Shown here piece after piece: positions 49,101 through 63,066 of a DNA stretch of 64,000 bases; positions within the stretch are counted from its first letter, which is position 1; the number at the start of each line of letters is the position of its first letter. The position numbers were made by a program, and so were the translations under genes. Origin of the DNA: Marsupella aquatica (Eukaryota > Plantae > Marchantiophyta). The notes beneath the pieces were generated by a model. It was not told where the DNA came from. It saw only the letters and a list, made by a program, of their open reading frames with translations, and did no database searches. The stretch spans positions 23,024,015 through 23,088,014 of the forward strand of contig OZ316893.1 of NCBI GenBank assembly GCA_973895155.1, in the 5' to 3' direction.

Positions 49101-52100
49101 AAGCTCCTTACCGCCGTCATATCAGGGCTTGAAACAGGTGCTCTTGTATAGAGATCTGAAGTCCATTTCGTATAATGAGGTGGTGAGCTCTTTACTGTCT
49201 GATGATGCTCAGAAGAAGCTGGGTCAATCACAGACAGCATCTTCTTCTGGCACTGCGCTGAATGTGAACCGTGGGAGAGCAACACAGCGCACGAATGGAC
49301 AGAACAGGTTTAGATCTACATCACGGGGGAGATCTAAATCCAGAGGGAAATCGCAAGAGAGGAAGCCTCTTGCATGTTGGAATTGTGGCAAGCCAGGCCA
49401 CATGAAAAGGGATTGTCGAGTAAAGAACCCTACTGCATCTGCTAACGCGGCATCGAGCTCGCATGAGGTAGATTTACTCGATGATGATGACATATTGTGA
49501 TGTCAAGGTTATGCTCTCAACGTAGTGTCAAATCCAGGGAGTGATGACTGGATTCTAGATAGTGCATGTACTTTTCACATTTGCTCTAGGAGAGATTTTT
49601 TCAGTTCTTACACGGATTCCAACGGGTCAGTGTTGATGGGAAATGGAATCCCATGTCAAGTTGTTGGACTTGGATCTGTAAGATTTCAGATGTTTGACGG
49701 TGCTGTGAGAACGGTGAGGAATGTGAGATATATTTCCAGCATGATGAAAAATCTCATTTCACTTGGAGTTTTAGAAGCAAATGGCCATCAGTGGAGTTCT
49801 GCTAATGGTGTCCTTCAGGTTTCAACTGGTACTAAAGTTGTATTGAAGGGAAAGAGACATAGCAATCTATACATTTTGGAGGGCAGTGTAGTTTGTGATG
49901 AAGCCAATGTAACCTTATCTCATGAGGAGACGGCCCGAATGTGGCACTTCCGTTTGGGCCACATGAGTGAAAAAGGTTTGGTTATTCTTCAGAAGAAAAG
50001 ATTACTTTCTAATTTGCAGTCTTGTAAGTTGGAATTTTGTGAGCACTGTGTGCTTGGGAAGCAGCACAGGAAACCCTTCGGAGTTGGAACTCACACCAGC
50101 AAGGAGGTACTTGAGTATGTACATAGTGATGTGTGGGGTCCAGCCCCTACTCCCTCACATTCTGGACGGTTATACTATGTCACGTTCATAGACGATTACT
50201 CAAGGTATGTGTGGATCTACTTTCTACATAGTAAGTCTGATGTTTTTGCCACTTTTAAGGAGTGGAAAGCCCAAGTTGAGAATCAGACTGGTAACAAGGT
50301 GAGATATCTTCGATCGGATAACGGCGGTGAATACAGTTCCGGGGAATTTGGAACGTATTGTAAGGAGCAGGGGATTACCCGCCATCTCACAACAAGTTAT
50401 ACTCCTCAGTAGAATGGTGTTTCTGAGAGACTCAACCGAACACTGTTGGACCGCTCGAGGAGTATGTTGAGTCAATCATGCTTACCACATGAGTTTTGGG
50501 CTGAAGCTGTTAACACTGCAGCTTATTTGGTAAATTTTTCTCCATCCAGTTCTATTGGATTCAAGACGCCATATGAAATGAGGTACGGGCGTCCAGCAGA
50601 TTATTCACATCTGAGGATTTTTGGATGTGATGCTTATGTGCTTACACCTTCCCAGCTTCGATCCAAGCTGGAGTCCAAGTCGAAGAAGTGCATTTTCTTT
50701 GGCTATCAGAAAGGTGTGAAGGGTTATAGGTTATGGGATCCAGTAACCTGTAAACTAATTGTCAGTAGAGATGTGTCCTTTAATGAGTCCAGATCATCAA
50801 AGGAGGGGGAGAGTTCTCATGACTAATCTCCCATCCCGGAGCCGGTTGAGGGGGAGATTAGTCATGATGCAGTTCATGACAGGAGAGATGGAGAAGCTCC
50901 GGGCTTGGAGCTGGTTCCTGTGATGGAACAAGAGGAGCAAATTGTTGCTAGGGTACCTCAAATTCAACCAGCAACAGCAGCAGATCAGCCTGAGTCATCT
51001 ACTAGAAGAACTTCCAGTCGTTCTACTAGAGCTCCTACCAGGTATGGTCAATGGGCAGACTCATCTAAGCTAGATGATATTGACATTGCACCTGATGATG
51101 ATGACATGGCTTTGATCTTGGAAGAAGGAGAGCCTTCTTCGTATAGTGAGGCTTGTGCTTCAGAGCAAAAGCATGAGTGGAATGCAGCAATGCAGAGGGA
51201 GTTGCAATCTTTGAGTGACAACAAGACATGGGAGCTGGTGGAGCTTCCAAGAGGTCAGCAAGTGGTGGACAGCAAGTGGATTTACAAGTTGAAGGACAGT
51301 CCTTCAGAGGGTGGAGATAAGATCTACAAGGCAAGGCTTGTTGCCAAGGGGTTCACTCAGGAGAAAGGAGTGGACTACAATGAGGTCTTTTCACCAGTGG
51401 CTAAGTATTCCACAATTCAGATCTTGTGTCAGCTTGTTGTGTTTTTTGGTCTGGTAATGGATCAGATGGATGTTGTTACTGCTTTTCTCTATGGCAACTT
51501 GGAAGAGATGATCTTCATGAGACAGCCAGTAGGCTTTATGAAGAAGGGCCAAGAGAGCTTAGTTTGCAGATTGCTCAAGTCCTTGTATGGATTGAAGCAG
51601 TCTCCCAGACAGTGGAACAAGCGGTTTGATGATTTCATGCTTGCTCAAGGTTTTACAAGGATGGTGTATGATCCTTGTGTATATACGAAATCAGTCAAGA
51701 ATGATGTATTTGGTTTCATCATTCTGGTGATCTATGTGGATGACATGCTGATTGTGGCTAAAGATCAATCTGAGGTTGACAGTCTCAAGGCGAAACTGAG
51801 TGCTGAATTCAGGATGAAGGATCTTGGTAAGGCCAAGAGGATCTTAGGGATGGAGATTTTTAGGAACTCTGATACTGGACAGTTGTGCTTGAGTCAAGGC
51901 CAGTATGCGAGGAAAGTACTTGCACGATTCAACATGGAAAATTGTAAGCCAGTGAGTATTCCTTTAGCTTCACATTTCAAGTTATCATCGGCTTTCTCTC
52001 CTACGGATGCTGTGGAGAAAGGTTTGATGGCTAAGATTCCTTATGAGAAGGCAGTAGGCAGTCTGATGTATTTGATGACTTGTACTAGGCCTGACTTAGC

Positions 52101-53708
52101 CCTAGCGATGGGCAAGGTTAGCAGATTCATGTCAAATCCAGGGAAGGTACATTGGGAAGCTGTGAAATGGATTCTCAGGTATGTGAAGGGAACACAGGAC
52201 TATGGATTACTATTTGATAACAGATCAACTAGAACGTTAGTTGGCTATGTAGATTCTGACTATGGAGGCTGTCTGGATACAAGGAGATCTACAACTGGGT
52301 TTGTATACACTCTTGGAGGAGGATGTATCAGTTGGAAATCTACCTTGCAAAAGTGCATATCTCAATCTACTACAGAAGCAGAGTATGTTGCAGCAGCAGA
52401 AGCTACAAAGGAAGCAATTTGGTTGGATAAGTTGATCGCGGAGATGGGTTTAGAGCATGGAAAAATGACTCTAAACTGTGATAATCAGAGTGCTCTTCAC
52501 TTGGCTGCTAACCAGGTGATGGATAGCAGGGTGAAGCACATTGATATCAGGTACCATTTTATCAGGCAAGCAGTGTCTGATAAAACTTTTGAGCTAGCCA
52601 AGATTGATGGAAAGCTCAATCCCGCTGATGCCTTTACCAAAGTGATTCCTTTGGAGAGTTTCTCAAGACACCGTGCTACTTTGCAGGTTTTGCAGTTGTA
52701 GTGCAAGTAGAGTTATTTAGCAATGTGTGACTATTTGTATATGGATTACTCATTCCTGTTAGGCTACGGCTTAGTTCTAGTTAACCCTTAGTTAACCCTT
52801 GTGGTTTTTAGGGGGAGACCTGGTTTGGTGATTGTCTAGAACTTCCCGCTGAGGATTCCATATGGTAGCATTTAGTCCAGTCCCCAAGACAAGAGTCAAG
52901 GGGGAGTTTGTTAGATATTGCTCTAGTCTTGTGACTCTTGTGCTAACCACAGTTAGGCTAACTCGGGTTAGGACCTAGCTAAGGTTAGCGGTAGTGCTGT
53001 TGTGCATATAGCCAGGGCTGATGCCAGACCCTAGTGGAACTTAGGCTCATTGTTACGGAGCTAGTTGAGAGATAGGGAGAGCTTGTGCTGTGGATGCTTG
53101 GTATGGCCGGTCGGCCTAGAGTGCAGTAAAGCTCTTGTGTGTTCCCGTGGACGTAGCCTCATGTGGAGGTGAACCACGTATCTCTCTGTGTCGACTCTTG
53201 TGCGTTGGATGGTTCATGGGCTTGCCGTTGCGAATGTCGTCTATGCTCAACACTCCCCCCTCCCCACGCTCTGTTGCAAGGCGAAAAAACTTCAAAAACT
53301 ATTGTTTTCCTGAGAAAAATAGATTTTGGCTGCACTAGTTGTCCTAGAACTTTTGGCCGGCAACATGGGGAAGGTGGGGATCAACAGCGGGTTAAGCCCC
53401 ACAGCCAATGGTGCCTCACCACGTGGTAGCTGGAAGCCGTACACCAGTAAGTACAAAGGTTGAGTTACATCTACCAAGGCAATACTAACCCATTTACATT
53501 GTAATTTGGTGTAATAGTTGATAATTCTTTGTTCTAATAAAGTGGAGGGTTCAGCTCCAGCCAATTTGTTCATAAATGAATGGAAACATCGACTAATCCA
53601 TATTTCCGCAATTTGAACCTTGAGAGGGGTCAGGTTAGTAAATAATTTTGTTTGGGGGACACCTTAGTAAAATCCTTTAGTTTGGGGGACAGATTAGTAA
53701 AAAAGCTG
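46189..53708. mobile_element. Non-autonomous TIR element of about 660 bp (Mutator-like) interrupted by a nested copia
   Basis: Left end CAGCTTTTT...CTGTCGCCCAAACTAA...ATTTACTAACCTGAACCCC is the inverted counterpart of GGGGTCAGGTTAGTAAAT...TTAGTTTGGGGGACAG...AAAAAGCTG. Flanks TTAAAGGAGA / TTAATGGAGA match at 9 of 10 bases. Confidence 0.72.
46397..53252 (+). mobile_element. Full-length Ty1/copia retrotransposon (344-bp LTRs 46397-46740 and 52909-53252, TSD CTCCC, leader about 1.7 kb, gag-pol 48445-52701 with four in-frame stops)
   Basis: TG...CA LTRs differing at 3 positions by my count; PBS TGGTATCAGAGC at 46743; PPT AAGGGGGAG. Motifs [47 protein letters not shown]. All ORF pieces lie in one frame. 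Confidence 0.98.
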
Positions 53709-54370
53709 TTAATGGAGAAAAGGCAAAGTCAAGATTTGGATCAGTGACTAAGAAAATTCTACTCTAATTGTACTCTTATTAATGCCCATTGCAATTTTGC
53801 CCTTTGTAATTATCAGGGCATTAATGGAGAAAAGGCAGAGTCAAGATTTGCATCAATCAGCTCATTATGAAAATTATACTATAATCTTACTGAGCTTACT
53901 GAAAAAAATGTTTCTTAGGGCTTAATGTGCATTAAGGTCATATTACCAGAGCATTACGGACAATAATTGCTCCTCAAAATTCAAGCCCAAGGTCTCATTT
54001 TGGGGCATTATGGACCACAAAGTTATGCAACTCAGGAGATTAATATGTATTTATCAAATAATAACCGTCCTGATCCTTGTCACTGTTAGTAGGGTCTTGA
54101 AGTCGGGGGACGTTTCAATTCATCCAACTCTTGCCCATGTCACCTTTTTTTTGCTTCTCCTTGTGCACAGACCAATGGACATATGGCACTACATAATAAA
54201 TTGGCTATTTTGTATCAAGTGCAGCACAGCATTGAGGAACTAGGAGAACATTTTCTTAACTACTAGCAAAAGGTCAAAGGCGTCAAAAAGATGCAAGAGC
54301 CCAAAAATGAGAAAAGCCCAACAGGGGAAAAACCTGTAAGTTGTAAGCTATTACCTACTATGGTCCTAAG

Positions 54371-54715
54371 TGTTGGCAAAACCGTCACAAAACAACCATG
54401 AGCACAACCAGCAAGCATGCACATAACCTACACCAAGATACATGATTCCCCTTTGTCAAGGCTACATCCACGGGAACACACAAGAGTTTTACTAAGCTTT
54501 GGTCACACAAAGCCTCCTTGAACAAGCTCTCCTCCTACCACCTAGCTAGCTCACTCAACAATGAGCATGAGTCTCCAAGAAGACCCGCAAGAAGAGCTCT
54601 CCCTGGCCCCTCTATATGCTACATGCAAGAGTCACGGCTAATCACCATTGACACCCTCATGGCAGTTTAGCCTAAATAACAAGATGTTAACCCAAGATTA
54701 GAGTTAACCCTAACA
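54371..54715 (-). mobile_element. Solo LTR of the same copia lineage as 46397 and 358-689
   Basis: TGTT...AACA, 345 bp, with flanks CTAAG / CTGAG (4 of 5 match). Contains the reverse complement of CTCTTGTGTGTTCCCGTGGA(C/T)GTAGCC. Confidence 0.8.
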
Positions 54716-55499
54716 CTGAGGGCCATTAGAGAGCCATCAAACCTAGTAGGCTGAAGCTACAATTTCTGGTAGGGACCAAAGTAAGTAATACTCTCTAATA
54801 TGTCAGGAGATGTCCAAAGTGAAAGCCCTAGCCTGGACAGGCAGCCCTCGGGGCTTTAGCATAAATCCCTTTCAAGAAAAGCATAATGTGTACTTTCCCT
54901 TTGTAGGATTGTGTGTTGTGTATTATTTTCCATCATCTTGTATGTAGTACTCTATGTAGCATTGTCATCCCATGAGTGAGTCTTGGCAATTTATAACCCC
55001 TGATTGAGAATGGCTAGCGTTTCCTGCTTTTATCTCTTGCAAACCATCACCCTATTGTTCAAGCTTAATAAAGCAATGTCACTTGTGCCTATCCAGGATA
55101 TAAAGCCTGTGGATACTAATTCCCGTTCAACCATACCATGTTTCCAATTTTGTACTTTGCAAAAGTTCACCTTTTGCTTCAAGATTATTCCACTGCCGCT
55201 CCTGCTTTCTTGGGATAGAAACACCCCTGGGGAGAAGAGAATTTGAGGCATGTAGCTTGACCCTAGATAGACCCACCCCTCCTTGCCGTCACTCCCCTCT
55301 AAGTTGTCCTTGCTTTAACTCTCACCCACCCTACCCTTATTGTCAACCACTCTGCCTCCCTCACCCTATGTGAACTGTCAACGCTTTGCGGGGTTGCACC
55401 TCAACCATTATCATGCCTTCTCCCTTCCATCCACTCAACCCGCCCACCCAAACTTTTTTTGTTTTGTGCCTGAATGTGGTTCCTACCTTGCCATACTCT

Positions 55500-56420
55500 T
55501 GCCTTCTTTTACCAATTGCCCAACTATTGCCTTTTCTTTCTGTCTAGTTTGTCCGTTTCTTCCATCTTCATTGTCGTCCTCATCTTTAATTGTCTTTATC
55601 CTCTTATTCTTTGTCCTTATTCTGTCCTTCTTTATCATCTTCTTCTGGTATGTTATGAGTTTCTTCCATATCCTTCTACCCTCAAGTTGCCACATCCTTC
55701 TACCTTCAAGCCGCCCCTCTCGCCATATCCTTCAAGCCTTGACTGCCATATTCTTCAAGCTTCAATCAGACATTTAGTTTGGGCCTCGAGTGGCCTCTGA
55801 GCAGCCTATACCAATGCGTTTCCTCTTCCCACCATACATGTTATCAATTTCAGCTCATGTACCATGTGTGTTTCCATGTCTTGTGCACTATTCTGCCTGG
55901 CGGCCTAGTCTCAACCACTAAACTTGAAACTGCTATTAAATCTTGATGAGAAGCAGCACAACTCTATTCTATCTGCCATCTATTGGCTCATGTTTCCATG
56001 TCATTGAGCTCACTTCATAGCCCAGAAGCTCTACCAGTCTCTCCATCTCTCGATAACGATCCGACAAAAAACCACCAGTCTACTTCATCTCAAAGGATAT
56101 GGCTGCTTGAGGCGTAAGGTGGCTCAAACCACAAAGGTGATGACAGCACCCGGCTCATAGGATATGGCCGCTTGAGGCGTAAGGTGGCTCAAAGCACAAA
56201 GGTGATGACAGCACTCGGCTCAACAATGGCCGGGGATATGGCAGCTCCAAACTTGAAGGATATAGGTGTTCAAAAGCTTGAAGAATGTGGCCACTCCGGC
56301 GTTAAGAAACTCTTGAGACACAGAAGATAACGCAGAAGAAAGGGATGAAGTTTAAGAAGAAGATGAACACAAGAGAAAGATAAGGATGAAACACAGAAAA
56401 AGGTGATAGGGACTAACTAA
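55500..56420. repeat. Degenerate inverted-repeat (foldback-like) remnant with an internal 66-bp tandem pair
   Basis: Pyrimidine-rich left arm versus purine-rich right arm. GCCATATTCTTCAAGCTT (about 55745) pairs with AAGCTTGAAGAATGTGGC (about 56274). GGATATGGC...CGGCTCA occurs at 56094 and 56160. Confidence 0.5.
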
Positions 56421-57860
56421 AACGCAAGTTTAACAATTTTTTATATATTCCACATAGACTCTCTGTGTACTTCAAAATTTCCATTTATAATCTTCTAAGA
56501 CCTGTATAATGTCATCAATTTGTTTTGCAATTGTATGATGTATCCTATTGGCTTTTACATGACATGCTTCTTTAAACTTTAGTGGTATCATCTTCATCAT
56601 CTTATTTGGATAGTAGTTGAAACTAAAATTAGTGAGGAGACTTTCGTTATGTCAAGTCCTATTGGTCAAAACGTTCTTTTTGCCATCTTGGTTGTTTAGA
56701 TTACATGATTTTTGGAATTTCAATGTAGCCAAGTATGGTGATGTCACTTTATCATCAGCAGTACCATAAAACTAATCTGACATCCACATTTCACGCTAAT
56801 TTGCTAATTTTAAGCTGCTTATCAATTCGAACAACCTTCTGTCTTCGGTAGACTTTTCAGGATCTCAACTATACCCCTAACCTGACACAACAAGTGTGGA
56901 TAGCATAGGGAGTGCCTTTTCGAATGTAGCATCTACTTGTTGCATATATATGTGGGTGATGCCATTTTGAAGATCGCATTTACTCATGAGAAGTTTATGC
57001 ATTAGACATGTAGAGTTTTGAGCTGTGCTGGAGACCCTGGACCATTTGCTGTTGGCCCAGTCCAGACACATTCTAAGCCGGCAGTAAGCTCTCTACTCCA
57101 AAGATTTAAATGACACATAAATCCCCCAGTTCAACATGGGGCACCCACCCACATTTTTCAGATGACTCCTTGCTGAAATTCAATACTTAACTTCCAAGAA
57201 TAAATTACAGCTATGGGATAAAGTTTTCGGTCAGATCATGTCCCCTGCTGAATTCCAGGAGGGGCGAAGAGAAATGAGTAGGGAGGTGCCACCGAACAGA
57301 TCCAGCGAGAAAACGAAGTTAATTGGCTCTCATCACGGACGTTTGGACCGAACTCTTGAGAATATGTTGTGTCTTGTGTGTTCCAATTCTGTGCTGGATA
57401 GAAACCATGATTGGCCTTGTATTGATACTGCTGCAAGCTCAGCTTTTGCAGTTAGAGCGTGTTGTGTGCACTTCGGGTCTCATTGTCATAAACTTCAATT
57501 ACAGTCACCCAATTTTCGTCACCTGTTCGTGGAAGAAGGTGAGCTTATTGAAGATGGATCCTGATTTTTCTCTAGTACACTTGTAAATATTCTCTAATGA
57601 TGCATTACAGACAATTCGTATTGAGAGTGACGAGTCAAAAAATTCAGTCAGTAGAATAAAATCGATCAGGACGTTCATGAACCAGTCAAGTATCAACAAC
57701 CAGGCCCTTGACTCCAACAGAAACTTCTGATGAAAGCATACATCCAACAAACCAATAACAGCAATGAAGAGCACAAACGAGATTCAAACATTACAGACCC
57801 AACAACATTGTGGTATAGCCTACGATTGATTGGTTATAAAACACTTTTCAACTGAGCAAA

Positions 57861-60691
57861 TCACTTTGTTGTGATACCTGATGCAGAAACGACCACTGGT
57901 GCCTGGCCCTGCTTCAGCTTCGAAGCGGCTTTGAGGCGCTTTTTCTTTTTACCAAAATCGACCATTTCTTCATTACCCACGTAATCTTCGTCTCCATCAA
58001 CCTGAGGGCTCATCCTTGCCCCAACATCTACAGCTAAGCCTAACCGTGCATGACTCTTTCCTTTACTGTTGTTTCCAACTCTGCCAGTCACTGTCATGAC
58101 AGGTCTCTTACCACTGTTGCCCACAGAACCAGCAGCGCTGCTGGGCTCTGCACTCAAATTTCTAAGGTGTGATCGATCACCATTGCTGTACAGATCACTA
58201 CTTGAATCAGATGTTACCTTTCCCGATGAGCTATTCTGTAAATTCATTTCTTGCTCAGCTCCATTACCCCCAATCGCACTATAATTCTCTTTGCTTAAAT
58301 CCCTTTCTTCATTTTTTTCGGGTTCACTGAAATTCATAACGGGGGGGCTACCAGCGAGAACTTGCCCCAAGTTCTTCTGCCTCTTCTTTTCTCCTCCTCT
58401 TCGAATTGTAACGTGACCTTGACAAACAACCTGCTTAGTTCCCTTTTTGGAGGCCATGTCACAAGAAGTTGGGACCCTGCCACTCACAAAAGAATTGAAC
58501 TGCGCTACCGCAACCTCCACCGTCATTCCTGAAGCAACGCCACCAGGAGCGGCTTCTGCCAGACTAGCAACGGATGCTGCGCATGAAGCTCGAACGGGGG
58601 ATACTTGCAGCGGAACAGGAACCAGCCCAGAGGAAGCACTCGTCTGTATTATATTCAGTTTGCTTTTCCAAACTCCAGAACTCTTCTTGGATCGTGCCTT
58701 CCCAGGTCGAGGAACCCCATAAGACAAATCCTGCAATGAAATGTGGCATCTACATCAGTAAAGAAATCCTCCGCCTCAGAAGTCTTGGACGCCCATTCAG
58801 ATGGAGGATGAGGTTTTGCCACACAGAAAGTGCCGTGAACCAAACCAACTGACCTCTTTCCAGTTACTTAGTGATATGCAGAGACTTGGAAATGCCCAGC
58901 TTGAACTCTAGCACGATGGACCTGAAAGCAAGTAGAAAAAACGCATGTCATCATGACTTTCACAGGCAAATCCCAGAAACATGTCTTCCACTGGACTCCT
59001 CACCCTCAAAATGGCCCACACAACTACCTTGAGGAAGAAACAGAACTGTGAACGGACCCCAATAAAAAAACGGTTGAAAGTGGTGAGCTCAAAATAACAA
59101 AAATTAACTATAAGGCCATCTGGACAGTTCTTACGTCTTACGAGCAATGACGGTCCACAAGACTTCACCTTTTCATCATCGTCGTGACTTTCTTCAGATT
59201 CACCATCATTTGCATCTGCAGGCTCCCTTTGCCTGTCCCTTTGAATGTCCTCCAGGGTTCTATTTGGTGTTCGACTAGGAGTTCGACCGGCAGTAGGTGT
59301 TCCAGACCCCGTCGCGGCATAAGATGGGATAGGACTGCTTCGAGCACGACGCTGTTGACTCGTACTCATGTTCCTACTAGCTTTGATGCGAGCCTTCCTT
59401 CCCTGAGTTTGTCGACAGAGAAATGGTTTGCAAAACCATCATGTTATCAGTACTATACGTCTGAGCAATTTCAAAATGCAAGGACCAAATCATCCTGACG
59501 AATGAAAAGGTACGAAGTGAGCAAAGCCTCCCAAAACGAGGGGTGAGTATATCACAACAGTTGATGACAAACGAAATTCATCCACTGTCGATCACAGAAT
59601 GCTTCTCAAGAGGTCAGTAAACTCAGCGGACTAACTGACGATTGGTTAAAGAAAATTGTGTTTTGACTACGAGGGATGACTGAAAGATCAGAAGTTGTAA
59701 GTGAGAAGGCTGCTGAATCTCTCCAAGTACGACACCAACCGTACAGAATCAGTCCCAGGGGTTGACAAAGTCAAACACGAAGAATTCCTCAAATAGCCAC
59801 TCGGACACCATTCCATGGGCCAAGCGCGACAATCGCCTAACTCATGAGCATGATTGATTCCGCTCGACAATTCACACATGCACCAGCCAAAGGATGTGAA
59901 AGAATTAATGAGGAACGGAATGTAATGTTCAATAGGACACGGCAAGGCCACAGGACCAACCAATGCAGAGTCCGAGAAGAGTAAGTGCAAGGAGCGAAGT
60001 GAATACCTTTCCCATGCACTTTTCCAGGTGAGGTGCAAAACGGCCAGCGACGATTGGACGGCCACAATTCATACACTCGAACATCTCATTGGCAATGGTG
60101 GGATGAGTTTGCCCAAACACATCAATGGTGTGCTTATTTCCAATCTCCGTTCCGGTGGCACCGGAATCTCCCACGACCGCCCTGGCATGGGCAGCCAGGC
60201 GCACTTCCTCCTCTTCCTCGACATTGAGCTTGTAGTCAAAGCCCAGGCGAGCAGCTCTGTGCGCCTCTGTTGCTATATCTACGATCAAGGACTCGATGAG
60301 GTCTGTAAAGACCAATGACGCTTGCTACAACACAACAACAAGAATTGAATGAGACTTACAAACAGAACGATGCCCGCAAATTTCATCAGATTCATGAATG
60401 GCACATTACTGAATGGCACATTAATGCATGCAAAACTGATGAAAAGCATAAGCAAAGTAAGGCCTGTCGTTTATCAGATTGTCGTTTATCAGATTCATAT
60501 ACAAAGGAAGGCTTCCACGCTCTCAAAAACGCATCACCAGATTCACAAGCAAAGGAATGGCTGCAAAATCCATTAAGAAGACTTTGTTCTGAGAGACCCA
60601 TAAGCAGTTTCGCCTAAAAAAGGCACTACATTTCCCCGGGATCAATTCATTTATTTACCTGTTGTGAAACCTTCATACGGTCATCGGCCAT
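57861..60691 (-). CDS. SGF11: SAGA deubiquitination-module subunit SGF11/ATXN7L3-like; predicted exons 60691-60659, 60324-60007, 59402-59169, 58730-57861 (3' structure uncertain)
   Basis: DLIESLIVDIATEAHRAARLG helix, DVFGQTHP, and the Sgf11 zinc finger FECMNCGRPIVAGRFAPHLEKCMGK|GRKAR. Phase-0 GT-AG junctions. The last exon may instead splice at 57878 to exons near 57560 and 57430. Confidence 0.88.
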
Positions 60692-63066
60692 AACTCCACA
60701 GGAAAAGCTCGTTTAATCCTTCGATCTTCATTCACGACAGAGCAACGAAAAGCGAGTTTCGAATCAAACATGGGTGCCCTTGTCATGCATGAGGAAGGTG
60801 GTGGTGGCGGTAGACACAGAAACACTCCAGTAGTGGCGGCAAGGCACTCGCCAGGACTCGTAGCCACGGATGATAAAACCCTCCGCAGACGAAGATTCGA
60901 AAGTCCTCCAGGTGACATGAAAGTTGGCTGGCTGCACTGGTTGTCTTGTAACGATGCTCTAGACCAGAATCTGAGGTGAAACAGCAGTAGCAGCAATAGC
61001 TTCACTAGGACTGTTGAACAGCAGGCTACCAATTCTCACGGCTCCGTCACAAAGTCCTCACGGAAGGAACGACATTTGCGAAGCCTTCCAATTGGAAATC
61101 CACGACGAGAGCGGCAGGGCTGAGCTAACCAGGGAGGAATCTGAATCTAGGAGATCAATCTCAATCTAAATGGCGGCTCGGTGTTCCTCTCCGGATCCAC
61201 TTCCATGAGCGTGAAACCTCTAAGAATTGGGGGAAAAAAACCGCCATGTCCTGCCCGCTACGCTACAGTACAGCGCACAATAGTTACGCCCGTTCAGTAT
61301 TTTAGAGCAACCAACAATGTCAACTACAACACTCTTCCCCAACCATTAAAGTCCGAGAAAAGAGGAGCACGAAGAGCCATCGCTCAGACTTCCGACCGGT
61401 GACGTCGAGTCTACATTGGGAAACAAATAGAACTACTACGTCATAGCAGCAATAACCAACGAAGGCATCGCCGTAACACCGATGGATGGGTCGGAATCTC
61501 AGCTTCTATACACACAGGCCTCCTCCACTCGAGTAGCAACAACAGAACACAAAAAGGATCAGCTCTCCGTGACCAAATTCTCAGCAGAAGGGGCAATACA
61601 AATCGCTAGAAATGGTTCAAATTTTAATCAGAACAACAACTCCCACGATTGCAAATTGCCCAAGCAGGCGCTGAGCCAGTGGGCAGATCGTCTGTGCTGT
61701 TGGTAGAGGGAAGAACTAAGTAACTGACGATGGTGAGGATCGCAAAGGGAGGGAAAAATTAAAACCCTCTCCCGGACTTGAAACCCGGCGCCAGAGTCAA
61801 TAAATATGTAACATCACAGATTCACAACCCCGAAAAAATCACCGGGGACTGGATCATGACTGGATCACTCTAAAATGAGCGGAATCGCTCCAAAAAGAGT
61901 TCTCCAATGTGATGCGCAAGGATTAGGTCATGACATAGAAAACTCCAGATTTCTAAAAGAACGAGAAGAGAGAGAGACAGAGAGACGACGAGAAGCCATT
62001 CAAACGGTTTCCACGAAGACCCAGAACTCCACAAACACCATCTGAACGCATCAACGTGCCGAATGCGAGGATTGCGAGATAGCTCTAGAGCTGAAGCGGC
62101 AAATTGGAGCGATCGAGTCGATCCAACGGGAAGGAAAAGCTGATTAGGGTGCTGAACGGGGTCATCGAGAGGGTCGATCTCGGTCACCACAGCACCGATT
62201 GCATCCAAAATTGGGATCAAAATGACCAGCGCAAGACGCCGATTCCGGATCCGCTCGAGAATTCCAACGAGAAAAACCGATTTTCAAGTGGGCGATCTCT
62301 AGAATGTGGTCCAGTGCGCTCTCGCGGAGCCAGAGCCATCATCCCCTCCGGCACCATCCCCCAAACCGGCCGGGCCAGAAACGCGCGGGGCTGCGGCTCA
62401 CGCTCCCCGGCCGTCCGATCGCCCCCGGTTTCACACGTGTCAGACATCTAACCCTGCCGGCAACCCTCAAGGCGTTCTCGTTGCCAGCGGTGGGGTTCTA
62501 TGGCTGGGGCCCTCCCGGTGATCTGTTTATTTATTTATTTGTTTGCTTTATTTATTTGTTTACTTATTTATTGATTTATTGTAGATTGAAATAGCTTGAG
62601 TTTTGGGTCGTTTAATGTAAATAGAGGTGCGAACATTCAAGCCCACTAAGCCATTTTCAGAGACTCGCCCTGCCCCCAATCCTGGTTTTCCATTCTCGCC
62701 CCCATTGTAAATTATGCTCCTAGAGGCATGGTCTAGAGACTTCGCTCTAGGCCCTGAAAAGTAAAGTTTGGTTGTAGGAATTTAGTTAGATTGAATGATG
62801 GATTGGAAGAAAGAGTGAGCAGCTGGGATGGGATCTCAATCCAAACCTTTGAATTCAAATGGGATTGATCACAAAATGCTCTGGATATGAAACTGATGCA
62901 GTTTTTACTCTAAATCCACCATTCTAGTCAGAATAAATGTTTCCATAATCCTATTTTGAGCATTGAAATAGTAGTGAAGCATACATTTGAATTGATGCCA
63001 ACAAGGATTTTAACCAAAACCTAATATGATTGGCACACACATCACCACACACAACTGCGTGTTAAA

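Noticed and set aside
55340-55800. Hydrophobic ORFs resembling membrane proteins
   Set aside because: Artefact of the T/C-rich arm of a degenerate inverted repeat.
60770-62594. Short ORFs upstream of SGF11
   Set aside because: Consistent with 5' UTR, intron and GC-rich promoter sequence; no protein family features.
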